Shown here: in pieces, positions 37,414-47,615 of the stretch
Layout of the letters: every line of letters starts with the position of its first letter
Numbering within the stretch: position 1 is the stretch's first letter
Source: Acidimicrobiales bacterium
GTDB taxonomy: Bacteria > Actinomycetota > Acidimicrobiia > Acidimicrobiales > Aldehydirespiratoraceae
Direction: 5' to 3'
Assembly (NCBI GenBank): GCA_040219515.1
Contig: JAVJSI010000005.1
Location: 145,243 to 209,242, forward strand
Length of the DNA: 64,000 bases
Made by a program: the position numbers and the translations under genes
Notes under the pieces: model-generated
What the model saw: the letters and a program-made list of their open reading frames with translations, nothing else
The model's database searches: none
Told to the model about the DNA's origin: nothing

Positions 37414-38187
37414 GTGCCGCAGGAGCCGGAGGGTCGCAACCTCCTCACCGGGAAGCGCGTCGTCGTCACCGCGGCGGCGGGCACCGGCATCGGCTCGGCC
37501 GTGGCCAAGCGCGCCCTGCTCGAGGGCGCGGCGGTGCTCATCTCCGACATCCACGAACGCCGACTCGGCGAGACGGCAGACCGTCTGGCCGAGGAGACGG
37601 GTCGCCGGCCCCACACCCAGATCTGCAACGTGACGGTGGAGGACGACGTCCAGGGACTCGTCGCCGCGGCCATCGCCGCTCTGGGCGGCATCGACGTGAT
37701 GATGAACAACGCCGGCCTGGGTGGTTCGGTGCGCCTCGTCGACATGACCGACGAGCAATGGAGTGCCGTGTTGGGTGTGACGCTCGACGGCACGATGCGG
37801 TGCACCCGAGCCGTGCTGCGTCACATGATCGACGCGGGCATCGAGGGCGCGATCGTGAACAACGCGTCGGTCGTCGGCTGGCGCGCCCAGGACGAGCAGT
37901 GTCACTACGCAGCGGCCAAGGCCGGCGTGATGGCGCTCACCCGGTGCTCGGCGATCGAGGCGGCCGAGCACGGCATCCGCGTCAACGCGGTGGCACCGAG
38001 CATCGCCATGCACGCGTTTCTGGCCAAGGTCAGCGACGAAAACCTGCTCGACCAGTTGTCCGAGCGCGAAGCTTTCGGCCGCGCCGCCGAGCCATGGGAA
38101 GTGGCGAACGTGATGGTCTTTCTCGCCAGCGACCTCGCCAGCTACATGACCGGCGAGGTCCTCTCGGTCAGCAGCCAGCACCCCTGA
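37414..38187 (+). CDS. SDR-family oxidoreductase.
   Basis: VTAAAGTGIGSA, NNAG and YAAAK. GTG start at 37414 with GAGGG upstream. Confidence 0.8.
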   Translation: MPQEPEGRNLLTGKRVVVTAAAGTGIGSAVAKRALLEGAAVLISDIHERRLGETADRLAEETGRRPHTQICNVTVEDDVQGLVAAAIAALGGIDVMMNNAGLGGSVRLVDMTDEQWSAVLGVTLDGTMRCTRAVLRHMIDAGIEGAIVNNASVVGWRAQDEQCHYAAAKAGVMALTRCSAIEAAEHGIRVNAVAPSIAMHAFLAKVSDENLLDQLSEREAFGRAAEPWEVANVMVFLASDLASYMTGEVLSVSSQHP

Positions 38188-38356
38188 TCGACCCCTGATC
38201 GGCCCGTCCGGCGTTCCCGTCACCGGAACAAGACCGAAATCCGCTTGAAGTTCGCGTGGCGAAAGCTTGCGTGTTACGCGTTGACTGGACCACAGTGCTA
38301 GACCTTGTGGCGCGAGTCACACGACCGCCGATGGTTCTCTCCTGGAGGAGTCACCC

Positions 38357-40123
38357 ATGTTCACTCGTTCCTCACGCTCGAGGCTGGCACGGCTGTTCGC
38401 CCTGCTCCTCGCGTTTTCGCTGTTTGCCGCGGCCTGCGGCGACGACGGCGGAACCGACGCCACCGACACCGACGCCGATGCTGACGACGACGGCGACACG
38501 ACCGGCGACGACGACGGCGAGGCACCCGGCACCTCCGCGCCGGAGGAAGGCGAAGGCGAGGACGAACAGCGTGAGGAGAACCCGGGAGTGGTCGGCGGCA
38601 CGTTGACCGTCTCGGTCGAGGCCCCGTCCGACGGTCTCAACCCGACCTCGAACAACTTCGCCACGTCGGCGTACATCATGGGCTACCAGATCTACGACCC
38701 CATGTTCTATGTCGACACCGAGGGCAACTGGTTCCCGTGGTTGGCCGAGTCGGCCGAGCCCGTCGGCGACGGTTCCTCCTGGCTGATCAAGGTGCGCGAG
38801 GGCGTCACCTTCCACGACGGCACGCCCTTCAACGCCGCGGCCGTTGCTGCTGCGTTCGACGCGACGCTCAACGACCCGCTGATCTCGCTGGCCGTGGTGC
38901 CCAGCTACCCGGAAACGGATCGCTACGAGCTGATCGACGAGTACACCATCCAGTTCAACCTGATTCGTCCGAGCCAGCACTTCCCCGTGAACCTCACCAG
39001 CCAGCTCGGATTCATCCCGTCGCCCGACTATCTCGTCGCCGCCGCCGAGAACCCCGAGCTCGATCAGATGCCGATCGGCACCGGTCCGTTCAAGGTGGAG
39101 GAACGCGAGCCGGGTGTCCGAACCCTCCTCGTGCGCAACGACGACTACTGGCAGGGCACCGACGACATCTATCTCGATGCCATCGAAGTGCTGCCGATCA
39201 CCGACACCGTGATCGCGGCAGAGCGTGTCGCTCGTGGTGAGATCGACCTGATCGTCACCAGCAACCCCGAGGCCCAGCTCACGCTCGAGGCCTCGCCGGG
39301 TATCGAGACGGCGTCCAACGTGCTCGGCGCGGAAGACGACATCATGATGAACACCTCGCGGCCGCCGTTCGACGACATCCGGGTCCGCCAGGCGCTCACC
39401 TACGCGACCGATCGCCAGGGGTACTTCGACATCATCGCCCAGGGCACCAAGCCTCTGGCCGACAGCATGTTCCACCCCGACACCAAGTGGCACAATCCCG
39501 ACATCGTGCAGGAGGGCAACACGCCCGAGCTGGCGGCCCCGCTGATCGTCGAATACTGCGCCGAGAACCCGGTGAACGAGGCCGGCGACCCGATGTGCAC
39601 CAACGGCAAGGTCAACATGGAGCTCCAGTACTCCGGCCCGTCGGTCACGCAGACGCTGATCATGGACCTCTTCATCAACGGCTGGGAGGACTATTTCAAC
39701 GTCACCCGCCAGGAGCTGCTCCAGACCGATCACATCACCGAGGTCGCCTTCGGTCTCTACGACGTGGTCACGTGGCGTCAGTTCGGGGCGATCGAGCCCG
39801 ACAACGAGGTCGTCTGGCTCGAGTGCGCCACGGCTGGTGCGGGCATCGCCCTCAACTGGGTACGTGTCTGTGACGAGGACCGCGACACCCATCTCTTCGC
39901 CCAGCGGGCCACCCTCGACGAAGACGAGCGAATCGCAGCCTGGCAGGAGATCGCTCAGAACGTGCACGACTCCTACGCCTACGTCTTCCTGACGCATTCT
40001 CGCTGGGTCCTCGGCTACAGCGAGAACGTCAAGAACCTCTGCGGCACCACGGGCCCCGACGGCGACAGCGTGACCTGCAACGCCGACGGCTCGATCTTCC
40101 TGCACAACGCGTGGATCGAATAG
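38357..40123 (+). CDS. ABC transporter substrate-binding lipoprotein, family 5 (peptide/nickel, DppA/OppA-like).
   Basis: Signal peptide with a lipobox (LFAAACGDDG), a D/G-rich linker and the SBP_bac_5 architecture. GGAGGAG Shine-Dalgarno sequence. Confidence 0.9.
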   Translation: MFTRSSRSRLARLFALLLAFSLFAAACGDDGGTDATDTDADADDDGDTTGDDDGEAPGTSAPEEGEGEDEQREENPGVVGGTLTVSVEAPSDGLNPTSNNFATSAYIMGYQIYDPMFYVDTEGNWFPWLAESAEPVGDGSSWLIKVREGVTFHDGTPFNAAAVAAAFDATLNDPLISLAVVPSYPETDRYELIDEYTIQFNLIRPSQHFPVNLTSQLGFIPSPDYLVAAAENPELDQMPIGTGPFKVEEREPGVRTLLVRNDDYWQGTDDIYLDAIEVLPITDTVIAAERVARGEIDLIVTSNPEAQLTLEASPGIETASNVLGAEDDIMMNTSRPPFDDIRVRQALTYATDRQGYFDIIAQGTKPLADSMFHPDTKWHNPDIVQEGNTPELAAPLIVEYCAENPVNEAGDPMCTNGKVNMELQYSGPSVTQTLIMDLFINGWEDYFNVTRQELLQTDHITEVAFGLYDVVTWRQFGAIEPDNEVVWLECATAGAGIALNWVRVCDEDRDTHLFAQRATLDEDERIAAWQEIAQNVHDSYAYVFLTHSRWVLGYSENVKNLCGTTGPDGDSVTCNADGSIFLHNAWIE

Positions 40124-40191
40124 TCCGGTCCGTTTCCTGATCGAGTGAGGAGCAACGAGGATCCGTTGATGCACAACGAGAGTGGTGAGTG

Positions 40192-41196
40192 ATGCGTGGA
40201 TTCGTTCTACGTCGCGTGCTGCAACTGATCCTCGTGCTCCTCGCGGTCACGTTCGCGACCTTTGCGTCGCTCAATGTCATCGGCGATCCGCTCGAGAACC
40301 TGGTCGGCCCGATCATCGCGGGCACCGACTGTGACGCCGTCGATCGCGGGGAGATTCCCGACGCCAGCTCGACGGGCGGAGGGCGCACGGATTGCGAGAT
40401 CATCCGCGAGGCCGAAGCGGAGTACAACCTCGACAAGTCGATCCCGGTTCGCTACGGCATCTGGGCCGGCGAGATGGTGCGTGGCGACTTCGGCCGATCG
40501 CTGACCACCGGCGTCGAGACGAAGCAGCTCGTCCAGGACCGGCTCCCGCAGACGCTGAAACTGGTCGCCTACGCCCAGGTCATCGCCCTCGGCATTGCCA
40601 TTCCCTGGGGCGTGTCGACGGCTCGCCGAGCGAACCGGGGATTCGACCGGGCGAGCACCATCGGCTCGTTCGGGCTGCTGTCGATCCCGAACTTCGCGCT
40701 CGGTGTGATCCTGCTGTGGCTCTTCGCCCTGAAGTGGCAGTTCTTCCCGGCCGGCTACGACGACGACAGTTGGAGCCAGGAACTCAAGTCGCTCACGCTT
40801 CCGGCGCTCACCCTGGGCCTGGGTCTCGCCGCCACCTATCAGCGGCTGCTGCGGACCGACCTGATCACGACCCTGCAGGACGATTTCGTGCACATGGCCC
40901 GCGCCAAGGGCATGCCGACGAACTGGATCATGTACCGCCACGCGTTGCGACCGTCGATGTTCTCGGTGGTCACCGTGTTCGGCGTGAACACCGGCGCCCT
41001 CATCGGCGGCTCGTTGGTGATCGAACAGATCTTCTTCATTCCTGGCATCGGGAGCGCCGTCGTCGAAGCCGTCCTGCGCCAGGATCAACCCGTCGTCGTC
41101 GTGCTGGTGGCCCTGATCGCGGTGGCCTTCGTGATCGTGAACTTCTTCGTCGACCTCTTCTACGGATGGCTCGACCCCAGGGTGCGTGCCGGATGA
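40192..41196 (+). CDS. ABC transporter permease (DppB/OppB-like).
   Basis: BPD_transp_1 permease with 6 TM helices. Confidence 0.9.
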   Translation: MRGFVLRRVLQLILVLLAVTFATFASLNVIGDPLENLVGPIIAGTDCDAVDRGEIPDASSTGGGRTDCEIIREAEAEYNLDKSIPVRYGIWAGEMVRGDFGRSLTTGVETKQLVQDRLPQTLKLVAYAQVIALGIAIPWGVSTARRANRGFDRASTIGSFGLLSIPNFALGVILLWLFALKWQFFPAGYDDDSWSQELKSLTLPALTLGLGLAATYQRLLRTDLITTLQDDFVHMARAKGMPTNWIMYRHALRPSMFSVVTVFGVNTGALIGGSLVIEQIFFIPGIGSAVVEAVLRQDQPVVVVLVALIAVAFVIVNFFVDLFYGWLDPRVRAG

Positions 41197-42124
41197 CGAC
41201 CACCCCCCGACCCACAGCGAGGACCCGGTGACCGACAGCATCCAGGCCACGGCCGAAGCGATCCTCGAGGATCCACTTCCGTCCGACGCCGTGAAGAAAA
41301 CACTGGGCTGGGGTTTCTGGCTCGCGCTCGGCTGGCTCGGCGTGCTGATCGTGGTGGCCCTCCTCGCCCCCTACCTCCCGATCGACGATCCGACCGAGTT
41401 CGGCGCGGGACCAGTGAACGAGGGTCCCTCGTGGGCCCATTGGTTCGGCACCGACAAGGCCGGTCGAGACGTCTTCGCGCGGGCGGTGTGGGGAGCGCGC
41501 ATCTCGCTCGTCGTCGGCTTCTTCGCCATCTTCTTCGGGTTGGTGGTGGGCGGATCGCTCGGCATGATCGCCGGCTACCTTCGGGGTCGGGTCGATCAGT
41601 TCATCAGCTTCCTGTTCTTCACCGTGCTGTCCTTCCCCGCACTGGTGCTGGCGATCCTGATCGTCACCTCGACCGAGCAGAGCCTGAGGTCGGTGTCGAT
41701 CACGCTCGGCGTCCTTGCGGTGGCCCCCGTCGGTCGGCTGGCGCGAGCGCAGACCCTCGTGTTCGCCGAGCGCGAGTTCGTCCACGCCTCGCGGGTGATC
41801 GGGGCCAAGAACGGCCGCATCATCGTGCGCGAGCTTCTTCCCAACGTGTTGATCCCGATGGGAGCGCTCGGCCTGCTCGGCATGGGTCTCGCCATCGTGG
41901 CCGAAGGCGGTCTTGCCTTCCTCGGCCTGTCGGTGCAGGGCGAGGACGCCGGCGCAATCAGCTGGGGCAAGCTCATCAACGAGTCACGTAGCATCCGCGA
42001 TCTGCAGAACATCCCCCATGTGGCGTTCTCGATCATCATCGTGATGTTCCTCACCATCCTCGCGTTGAATTTCGCCGGCGACCGGGTGCGCGAGTACACC
42101 GACGTGCGAGAAACGGCCTTCTAG
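41186..42124 (+). CDS. ABC transporter permease (DppC/OppC-like).
   Basis: Permease with 6 TM helices. The start could instead be the GTG at 41228, which has a GAGGA Shine-Dalgarno sequence. Confidence 0.85.
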   Translation: MPDDDHPPTHSEDPVTDSIQATAEAILEDPLPSDAVKKTLGWGFWLALGWLGVLIVVALLAPYLPIDDPTEFGAGPVNEGPSWAHWFGTDKAGRDVFARAVWGARISLVVGFFAIFFGLVVGGSLGMIAGYLRGRVDQFISFLFFTVLSFPALVLAILIVTSTEQSLRSVSITLGVLAVAPVGRLARAQTLVFAEREFVHASRVIGAKNGRIIVRELLPNVLIPMGALGLLGMGLAIVAEGGLAFLGLSVQGEDAGAISWGKLINESRSIRDLQNIPHVAFSIIIVMFLTILALNFAGDRVREYTDVRETAF

Positions 42125-42132
42125 GAGCCTCG

Positions 42133-43197
42133 ATGTCGGAACCACAACTCATCGTTCGCGATCTCACTGTCCGCTTCCCGACCACCCGGGGGGTCGTGCA
42201 GGCGCTCAACGGTGTCGACATCGAACTCGAGAAGGGTCAGATGGTCGGCATCGTCGGCGAGTCGGGCTCGGGCAAGTCCGTCACGGCCAAGACGCTCATG
42301 AACCTTCTGCCGCGCACGGCGCAGGTCGAAGGCGACGTGATTTTCGAGGGCAAGGACGTGCGCGAGCTTGCGAGAAAAGGCCAGGACCACTTCTGGGGCG
42401 TCGAGATGACCATGGTGTTCCAGGACCCCATGACCTCGCTCAACCCCGTGAAGCGCTGCGGCGAACAGATCGCCGAGACCCTTCGCTACCACTTGGGCAC
42501 GAGCAAGAAGGACGCCCTTGCCGAGGCCGAGGACCTGCTCGGCCAGGTCGGCGTACCCGAGCCCTCCAAGCGGGTGCACCAGTACCCTCACGAACTCTCG
42601 GGTGGTCTTCGTCAGCGGGTCGTGATCGCCATGGCGCTCGCGTGTCAGCCCAAGCTGCTGATCGCCGACGAGCCCACCACGGCGGTCGACGTCACGGTGC
42701 AGCGGCGCCTGCTCAACCTGCTCGATCGACTTCGCGAGGAGCGGGGCATGTCGATGATCCTGATCACCCACGACCTCGGTGTGGCCCGCGGTCGCTGCGA
42801 CGACGTCGCCGTGATGTACGCCGGCCGCATCGTCGAACGATCGGCCACCGAGACGCTCTTCGGCGATTCTCGCCACCCCTACACCGATGCGCTGTTGCGG
42901 ACCATCCCGCGGGTCGACCAGCCGAGCCACACCCGCCTCGAACCGATCCCCGGGCGCCCGCCGGAGATGATCAACCCACCGGAGCAATGCTCCTATGCCC
43001 CGCGATGCCGGTTCGCTCAGGCGGACTGTCTTGAGGCCGTACCCCCGTTGCAGGGTGTGAAGGGCATGCACGAGTACGCCTGTTTCCACCCGGCCAACAC
43101 CGATCGTGGACGAGAAGCTCTCGCCGCGAACGTGGCGGCCGGAGAGACCGCCGCCGGTCTGCCGATCGCCGGCTACGCCGGCGGAGGAGCGGTCTGA
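42133..43197 (+). CDS. ABC transporter ATP-binding protein (DppD/OppD-like).
   Basis: Walker A (GESGSGKS), the signature LSGGLRQR and a C-terminal oligopeptide-type extension. Confidence 0.9.
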   Translation: MSEPQLIVRDLTVRFPTTRGVVQALNGVDIELEKGQMVGIVGESGSGKSVTAKTLMNLLPRTAQVEGDVIFEGKDVRELARKGQDHFWGVEMTMVFQDPMTSLNPVKRCGEQIAETLRYHLGTSKKDALAEAEDLLGQVGVPEPSKRVHQYPHELSGGLRQRVVIAMALACQPKLLIADEPTTAVDVTVQRRLLNLLDRLREERGMSMILITHDLGVARGRCDDVAVMYAGRIVERSATETLFGDSRHPYTDALLRTIPRVDQPSHTRLEPIPGRPPEMINPPEQCSYAPRCRFAQADCLEAVPPLQGVKGMHEYACFHPANTDRGREALAANVAAGETAAGLPIAGYAGGGAV

Positions 43198-44201
43198 TGG
43201 CCGGCACCGGACACGCGCCCCTGCGCGACGACCCGAACGTGATCATCAGCGTCAAGGACCTCGTCGTGGAGTTCCCCGTGGGGCGCGGCGCGGTCGTTCA
43301 CGCGGTGAGCGGCATCTCGTTCGATGTGGCCGAGCGCGAGACGCTCGGCATCGTAGGCGAGTCGGGCTGTGGCAAGTCCACCGTCGCCAAGTCGATCATC
43401 CGTCTCAACGACATCAAGAGCGGCAGTGTCGACTACCAGGGTCACAATCTCGCCGATCTCGAAGGAGAGTCGCTGCGCCAGATCCGGCCCGACCTCCAGA
43501 TGATCTTCCAGGACCCGATCTCGTCGCTCAACCCGCGTCGCAAGATCCGCGACGTCATCTCCGAGGGGCTCGCCGTCTGGGGCGACAAGGAGGGCTCCTG
43601 GTCGCAGGACCGCATCGAGGAGCTGATGATGGCGGTCGGCATCGACCCCAAGTTCGGCGATCGCCGTCCGCACCAGTTCTCCGGTGGCCAGTGCCAGCGC
43701 ATCGGCATCGCCCGGGCCCTGGCCCTCGACCCCAAGGTGCTCATCTGCGACGAGCCGGTGTCGGCCCTCGACGTGTCGGTCCAGGCGCAGGTGCTCAACC
43801 TGCTCGAGGACATGAAGCAGCGCTACGGGCTCACGTTGCTCTTCATCAGCCACGACCTGTCCGTGGTCAAGAACGTGTCCGATCGCATCATCGTGATGTA
43901 TCTGGGCAAGGCGTGCGAGATCGGCAACGCCGACGAGCTCTACGAGCACCCCCGTCATCCCTACACACGGGCCCTGCTGGCATCGATCCCCGAGCCGGCC
44001 GCCACCGTCGACCCGAGCGACGGCGACATCGACGGCGAGCTGCCGTCGCCGATCACCCCGCCGGCCGGTTGCCGCTTCAACACCCGTTGCCAGCACGCCA
44101 CCGACATCTGCTTCACCGACGAGCCGGAGATGCAGCAGGTGGGTGACCGCGACCACTATTTCGCCTGTCACCACCCGGTCGAGGTCGCGGTCGGCCTGTA
44201 G
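43197..44201 (+). CDS. ABC transporter ATP-binding protein (DppF/OppF-like).
   Basis: Walker A (GESGCGKST) and the signature FSGGQCQR. Confidence 0.9.
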   Translation: MAGTGHAPLRDDPNVIISVKDLVVEFPVGRGAVVHAVSGISFDVAERETLGIVGESGCGKSTVAKSIIRLNDIKSGSVDYQGHNLADLEGESLRQIRPDLQMIFQDPISSLNPRRKIRDVISEGLAVWGDKEGSWSQDRIEELMMAVGIDPKFGDRRPHQFSGGQCQRIGIARALALDPKVLICDEPVSALDVSVQAQVLNLLEDMKQRYGLTLLFISHDLSVVKNVSDRIIVMYLGKACEIGNADELYEHPRHPYTRALLASIPEPAATVDPSDGDIDGELPSPITPPAGCRFNTRCQHATDICFTDEPEMQQVGDRDHYFACHHPVEVAVGL

Positions 44202-44234
44202 GTCGGGAGTACCGCCCTGCCTGCGAGCCGCGGC

Positions 44235-45230
44235 TCACGCGAGTTCCCAGGTTGTCGTGGTGGCGAGCGCCGACTCGGAGTCGATCACCTGACGGGCCCG
44301 ACCGCTCTCCCGGAGGGCGATCAGGTGGGAGATGACCGAACGAGCCGCGGGGCGCCAGAGCTCGCGGGCGACCGTGTCGTAGAGCGCCGCCACGAGTTCG
44401 CGTACCGACTGCGGACCGACCGCGAGCCGGTCGAGAATCTGCTGCTCGCGGGCGAGGCGGTGTTCGAGCAGTGAACGGACATAGGGCGCCGGATCGGTGA
44501 TCGGGGCGCCATGTGTCGGGTAGAGCGTCTCGTCGTCTCGGTCGAGCAGCAGCTGTAGCGACGTGAGGTAGGCGCCGAGGTCCCCATCCGGAGGAGGGAT
44601 GATGGTGGTGGACCAGCCCATCACGTGGTCGCCGGAGAGAACGGCCTTCTCCTCGGCCAACGCGAAACAGAGATGGTTCGAGATGTGGCCCGGTGTGTGG
44701 AGCGCCTCGACGGTCCATCCCGGACCCTCCACGACGTCACCGTGGGTGAGGCGATGGTCGGGAGCGAAGTCGACGTCGGGTCGGTGCTTCTCGTGGTCTG
44801 CTAGGGCCTTCGCCTGTTCCTCCTCGGTCGGCTCCGTGCGTTCCTCACCCGTGTCCCAGTCGTGGTCGGGGTCGACGTCGTCGTCGGTCTCGCTCGTGGC
44901 GCTCTCGGGGTGGGGTCCGAAGCCGAGCACCGGCGCGCCCGTCTCCGCGGCGAGCCGAGCGGCGGCCGGGGAGTGGTCGCCGTGGGTGTGGGTGATCAGG
45001 ATCTGGCGGACCCGTTCGCCGGCGAGAGCGGTGACGAGTTCGGCGACATGGCGCTCGTCTCGGGGCCCCGGGTCGACCACGGCGACGTCGCCTCGACCGA
45101 TCACGTAGGTGCCGGTGCCGTGGAAGGTGAACTTGGAGGGGTTGTTGCAGACGATGCGCCGCAGCAGGGGCGACACGTCGACGAGTTCACCGTGGCGGGG
45201 CGCGAAGTCGGTGTCGAACCGGGGAGCCAT
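44235..45230 (-). CDS. MBL-fold metallo-hydrolase.
   Basis: A THTHGDHS metal-binding motif. Start trimmed to MAPRFDTD, because the upstream part of the ORF is R-rich and non-coding-like. Confidence 0.75.
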   Translation of the reverse strand: MAPRFDTDFAPRHGELVDVSPLLRRIVCNNPSKFTFHGTGTYVIGRGDVAVVDPGPRDERHVAELVTALAGERVRQILITHTHGDHSPAAARLAAETGAPVLGFGPHPESATSETDDDVDPDHDWDTGEERTEPTEEEQAKALADHEKHRPDVDFAPDHRLTHGDVVEGPGWTVEALHTPGHISNHLCFALAEEKAVLSGDHVMGWSTTIIPPPDGDLGAYLTSLQLLLDRDDETLYPTHGAPITDPAPYVRSLLEHRLAREQQILDRLAVGPQSVRELVAALYDTVARELWRPAARSVISHLIALRESGRARQVIDSESALATTTTWELA

Positions 45231-45811
45231 CAGCCGAGCCGGGCAGCGGCTCGCGCGACGATGGCGGCCGACCGTTCGTCGAGGTCGATGGTCTGGGCCG
45301 CGGCGATGCCGTCGGCACTCATCTTGCGCAGCGTCTTCGCGACGACCTCGACCATCTTCTCGTCGTCGGCCAGCTTGTCGGCGGTGGAGAGGAACTGCGT
45401 CTCGATGAAGGTGAGGCAGACCGCGTCCTCGAAAGTCTGCACCTCGGGGTCGGAGCCGAGACCCTTCTTCTGGACGATCTCCACCGCACGGGCGAGTGCC
45501 TGCGGGTCCACCTCGTCGGACAGCAACGAGGTCAGCCGCGCGGCATGACGCTTCTTCTGTTCTCTCCGCCATCGGAGATACCCGCTGCGGCCTTCGTCGA
45601 ATTCGGAGCGGGGGAGTTCCCAGCGGCCGATGTGGTGACCCCGGGCCGCGATCTGGAGCGCAGGCGACGCGTCGGGATCGAGACCGAGGACCCAGTGATG
45701 GGCCCGCTCGCCCTGGAACCGGGCCAGAGGTCGATCATCGAAGCGGTTGGGATCGTCGGCGTTGTACCCGTCGATTCGTTCGAGTGACTGCGTCAGCTGA
45801 TCGGCATGCAC
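45230..45811 (-). CDS. DUF4202-domain protein.
   Basis: 193 aa with a conserved pattern resembling DUF4202. Its stop overlaps the MBL start. Confidence 0.55.
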   Translation of the reverse strand: MHADQLTQSLERIDGYNADDPNRFDDRPLARFQGERAHHWVLGLDPDASPALQIAARGHHIGRWELPRSEFDEGRSGYLRWRREQKKRHAARLTSLLSDEVDPQALARAVEIVQKKGLGSDPEVQTFEDAVCLTFIETQFLSTADKLADDEKMVEVVAKTLRKMSADGIAAAQTIDLDERSAAIVARAAARLG

Positions 45812-45824
45812 AGGTGCACGCTAC

Positions 45825-47615
45825 TCAGGTGGCGCACTCCGATTCGCCGATCTCGCTCACGTAGGGACCGGTTTCGTCGAAGTCGACGTAGAAGTCGGCG
45901 TTCTCCTCGTAGGCGGGGAACTCGTCGAGATCCTTCATGCCCTTGCCGACCTCGGCGGCGCCGCCGGAACGTTCGAGCCAGCCCCGGAAGGATTCGCCGG
46001 CCGTGCGCTCGTCGTTGAAGCGCCGTACGACACGAACCGCGGCCTGGGCCGCAGCCTTGGCCGGCAGGCGCAGCGCCTTCTCGCCGAAGTGCATCTGCTC
46101 CTGACCGACATAGCCGCCGAGCAGCATCTGGTAGCCGGGAGCGGAGCGGCCGTTGGCCCGGCGTTCGGCGCCGAAGAACCCGATGTCGGAGGCGTGGTGC
46201 TGGCCACACGAGTTGGTGCAGCCGGAGATGTTGATGCGGAGGCCCCCGATCGTGCCGAGGCCTTCCGCGTCGAGAGCGTCGCCGATGGCCTTGGCGAGGC
46301 CGCGGCTCTGGGTGACGGCCAGGTTGCAGGTGTCGGCGCCGGGGCAGGCGACCACGTCGCGGACGAGTTCCGCTCCGGCTTCGGCCATGCCGATCGCGAC
46401 GAGCCGTTCGTAGAGCACCGGCAGGTCGGATTCGTCGAGACCGCGGATGATGAGGTTCTGACGGTTGGTGAGGCGGATGTCGGCGTCGAACTCGCGCTGG
46501 ATGGCGGCGATCCCGCGGAACTGTTCGGCCGTGATGTCGCCCAACTGGGCCCACGCGTAGGCAGAGACCTGGCCGCTGGCGATGCCACGGACCACGTTGG
46601 CCTGGAACCAGCGGTCGTAGGCCGAGGCGCCGCCGAGGCTGACCGGTGTGCCCTGACCGATCTCGGTGACGGCAGCTCCGTTACCCACACCGGCCGGCGC
46701 GTCGCCATTGAGAACGACCTCCGGAGGAAGACCACCCGGGTACGAGGAGGAGGCGAGCAGGAACTTGCGGGAGTGGAGGATGCGGCGCTGGACCTCTTCG
46801 AACCCGAGGTTCTCCACGACCCACTTCATCCGGGCCCGCAGCTTGTTGTCGCGATTGCCGGTCTGCTCGAACGTCCGGAGGATCGCTTCGAGCGTGGGGA
46901 GCAGCTCTTCCTTGGGGGTGAAGTCCTCGAGCGCCATCGCGGGGAACGGCGTGGTGCCGAGCCCGCCGGCGATGAAGACACGGAAACCCGCCTCGACCGT
47001 GCCGTCGTCGAGGGTGCGGGTGGTGGCGATCACGCCGGCGTCGTTGAACATCGCCTGACCGCAGTCGGTCTCGCAGCCCGAGAAGTTGATCTTGAACTTG
47101 CGGGGCAGGCGCTGACCGATCGGGTTGCGCACGAAGTGCTGGTAGGCGGCTTCGGCCCACGGCGTGATGTCGAGGTGCTCGTGGGGGCACGCGCCGGCGA
47201 GGTGGCAGCCCTGGACGTTGCGGACCGTGTCGCCGCATGCCTCACGAGTGGTGAGGCCGACCGACGCCAGGTGCTGCATGACGTCGGGGATCTGGTCCAG
47301 CTGGACGTAGTGGAACTGGAGGTTCTGCCGGGTCGTGATGTGGCCCCACCCGCGGCTGTAGCGCTCGACCAGGTTGGCGATCATCTCGAACTGCGAGGGG
47401 GTCATCGAGCCGTAGGGCACCTTGACGCGCACCATCTGGTTGGTGCCGCCCTGACGCTGTCCGTAGATGCCGTTGGTGAGCCGGAACACACGGAAGACGT
47501 CTTCGCTGACCTCCCCGGTCTCGTAGCCGGCGAGCACCTCGCGGAACTTGTCGACGTCGGCCTGGATGGCCGGATCGATCTCGGTGGTCTCGATGGCGGG
47601 GTCGAGGATCGTCAT
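45825..47615 (-). CDS. sirA: Ferredoxin-dependent sulfite reductase (siroheme/4Fe-4S; NirA/SirA type).
   Basis: Two nitrite/sulfite-reductase ferredoxin-like half-domains with Cys clusters (CPGADTCN...SGCTNSCGQHH). Confidence 0.9.
   Translation of the reverse strand: MTILDPAIETTEIDPAIQADVDKFREVLAGYETGEVSEDVFRVFRLTNGIYGQRQGGTNQMVRVKVPYGSMTPSQFEMIANLVERYSRGWGHITTRQNLQFHYVQLDQIPDVMQHLASVGLTTREACGDTVRNVQGCHLAGACPHEHLDITPWAEAAYQHFVRNPIGQRLPRKFKINFSGCETDCGQAMFNDAGVIATTRTLDDGTVEAGFRVFIAGGLGTTPFPAMALEDFTPKEELLPTLEAILRTFEQTGNRDNKLRARMKWVVENLGFEEVQRRILHSRKFLLASSSYPGGLPPEVVLNGDAPAGVGNGAAVTEIGQGTPVSLGGASAYDRWFQANVVRGIASGQVSAYAWAQLGDITAEQFRGIAAIQREFDADIRLTNRQNLIIRGLDESDLPVLYERLVAIGMAEAGAELVRDVVACPGADTCNLAVTQSRGLAKAIGDALDAEGLGTIGGLRINISGCTNSCGQHHASDIGFFGAERRANGRSAPGYQMLLGGYVGQEQMHFGEKALRLPAKAAAQAAVRVVRRFNDERTAGESFRGWLERSGGAAEVGKGMKDLDEFPAYEENADFYVDFDETGPYVSEIGESECAT

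Noticed and set aside
36811-38187. A single 458-aa ORF spanning both SDR genes.
   Set aside because: Its first half is an out-of-frame read-through of the upstream SDR with a P/R-rich translation. Only the part from 37414 onwards has SDR motifs.
38281-38300. A TTGACT hexamer upstream of the ABC-transporter SBP gene, considered as a possible -35 element.
   Set aside because: The only -10-like hexamer (TAGACC) is 12 nt downstream, which is too close for a sigma-70-type promoter. No confident promoter call is possible by eye.
44225-44236. The palindrome GAGCCGCGGCTC between the convergent ABC ATPase and MBL genes, considered as a possible bidirectional terminator.
   Set aside because: It is only 12 bp with no loop and no flanking T tract. 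Such short GC palindromes occur by chance in this GC-rich genome.
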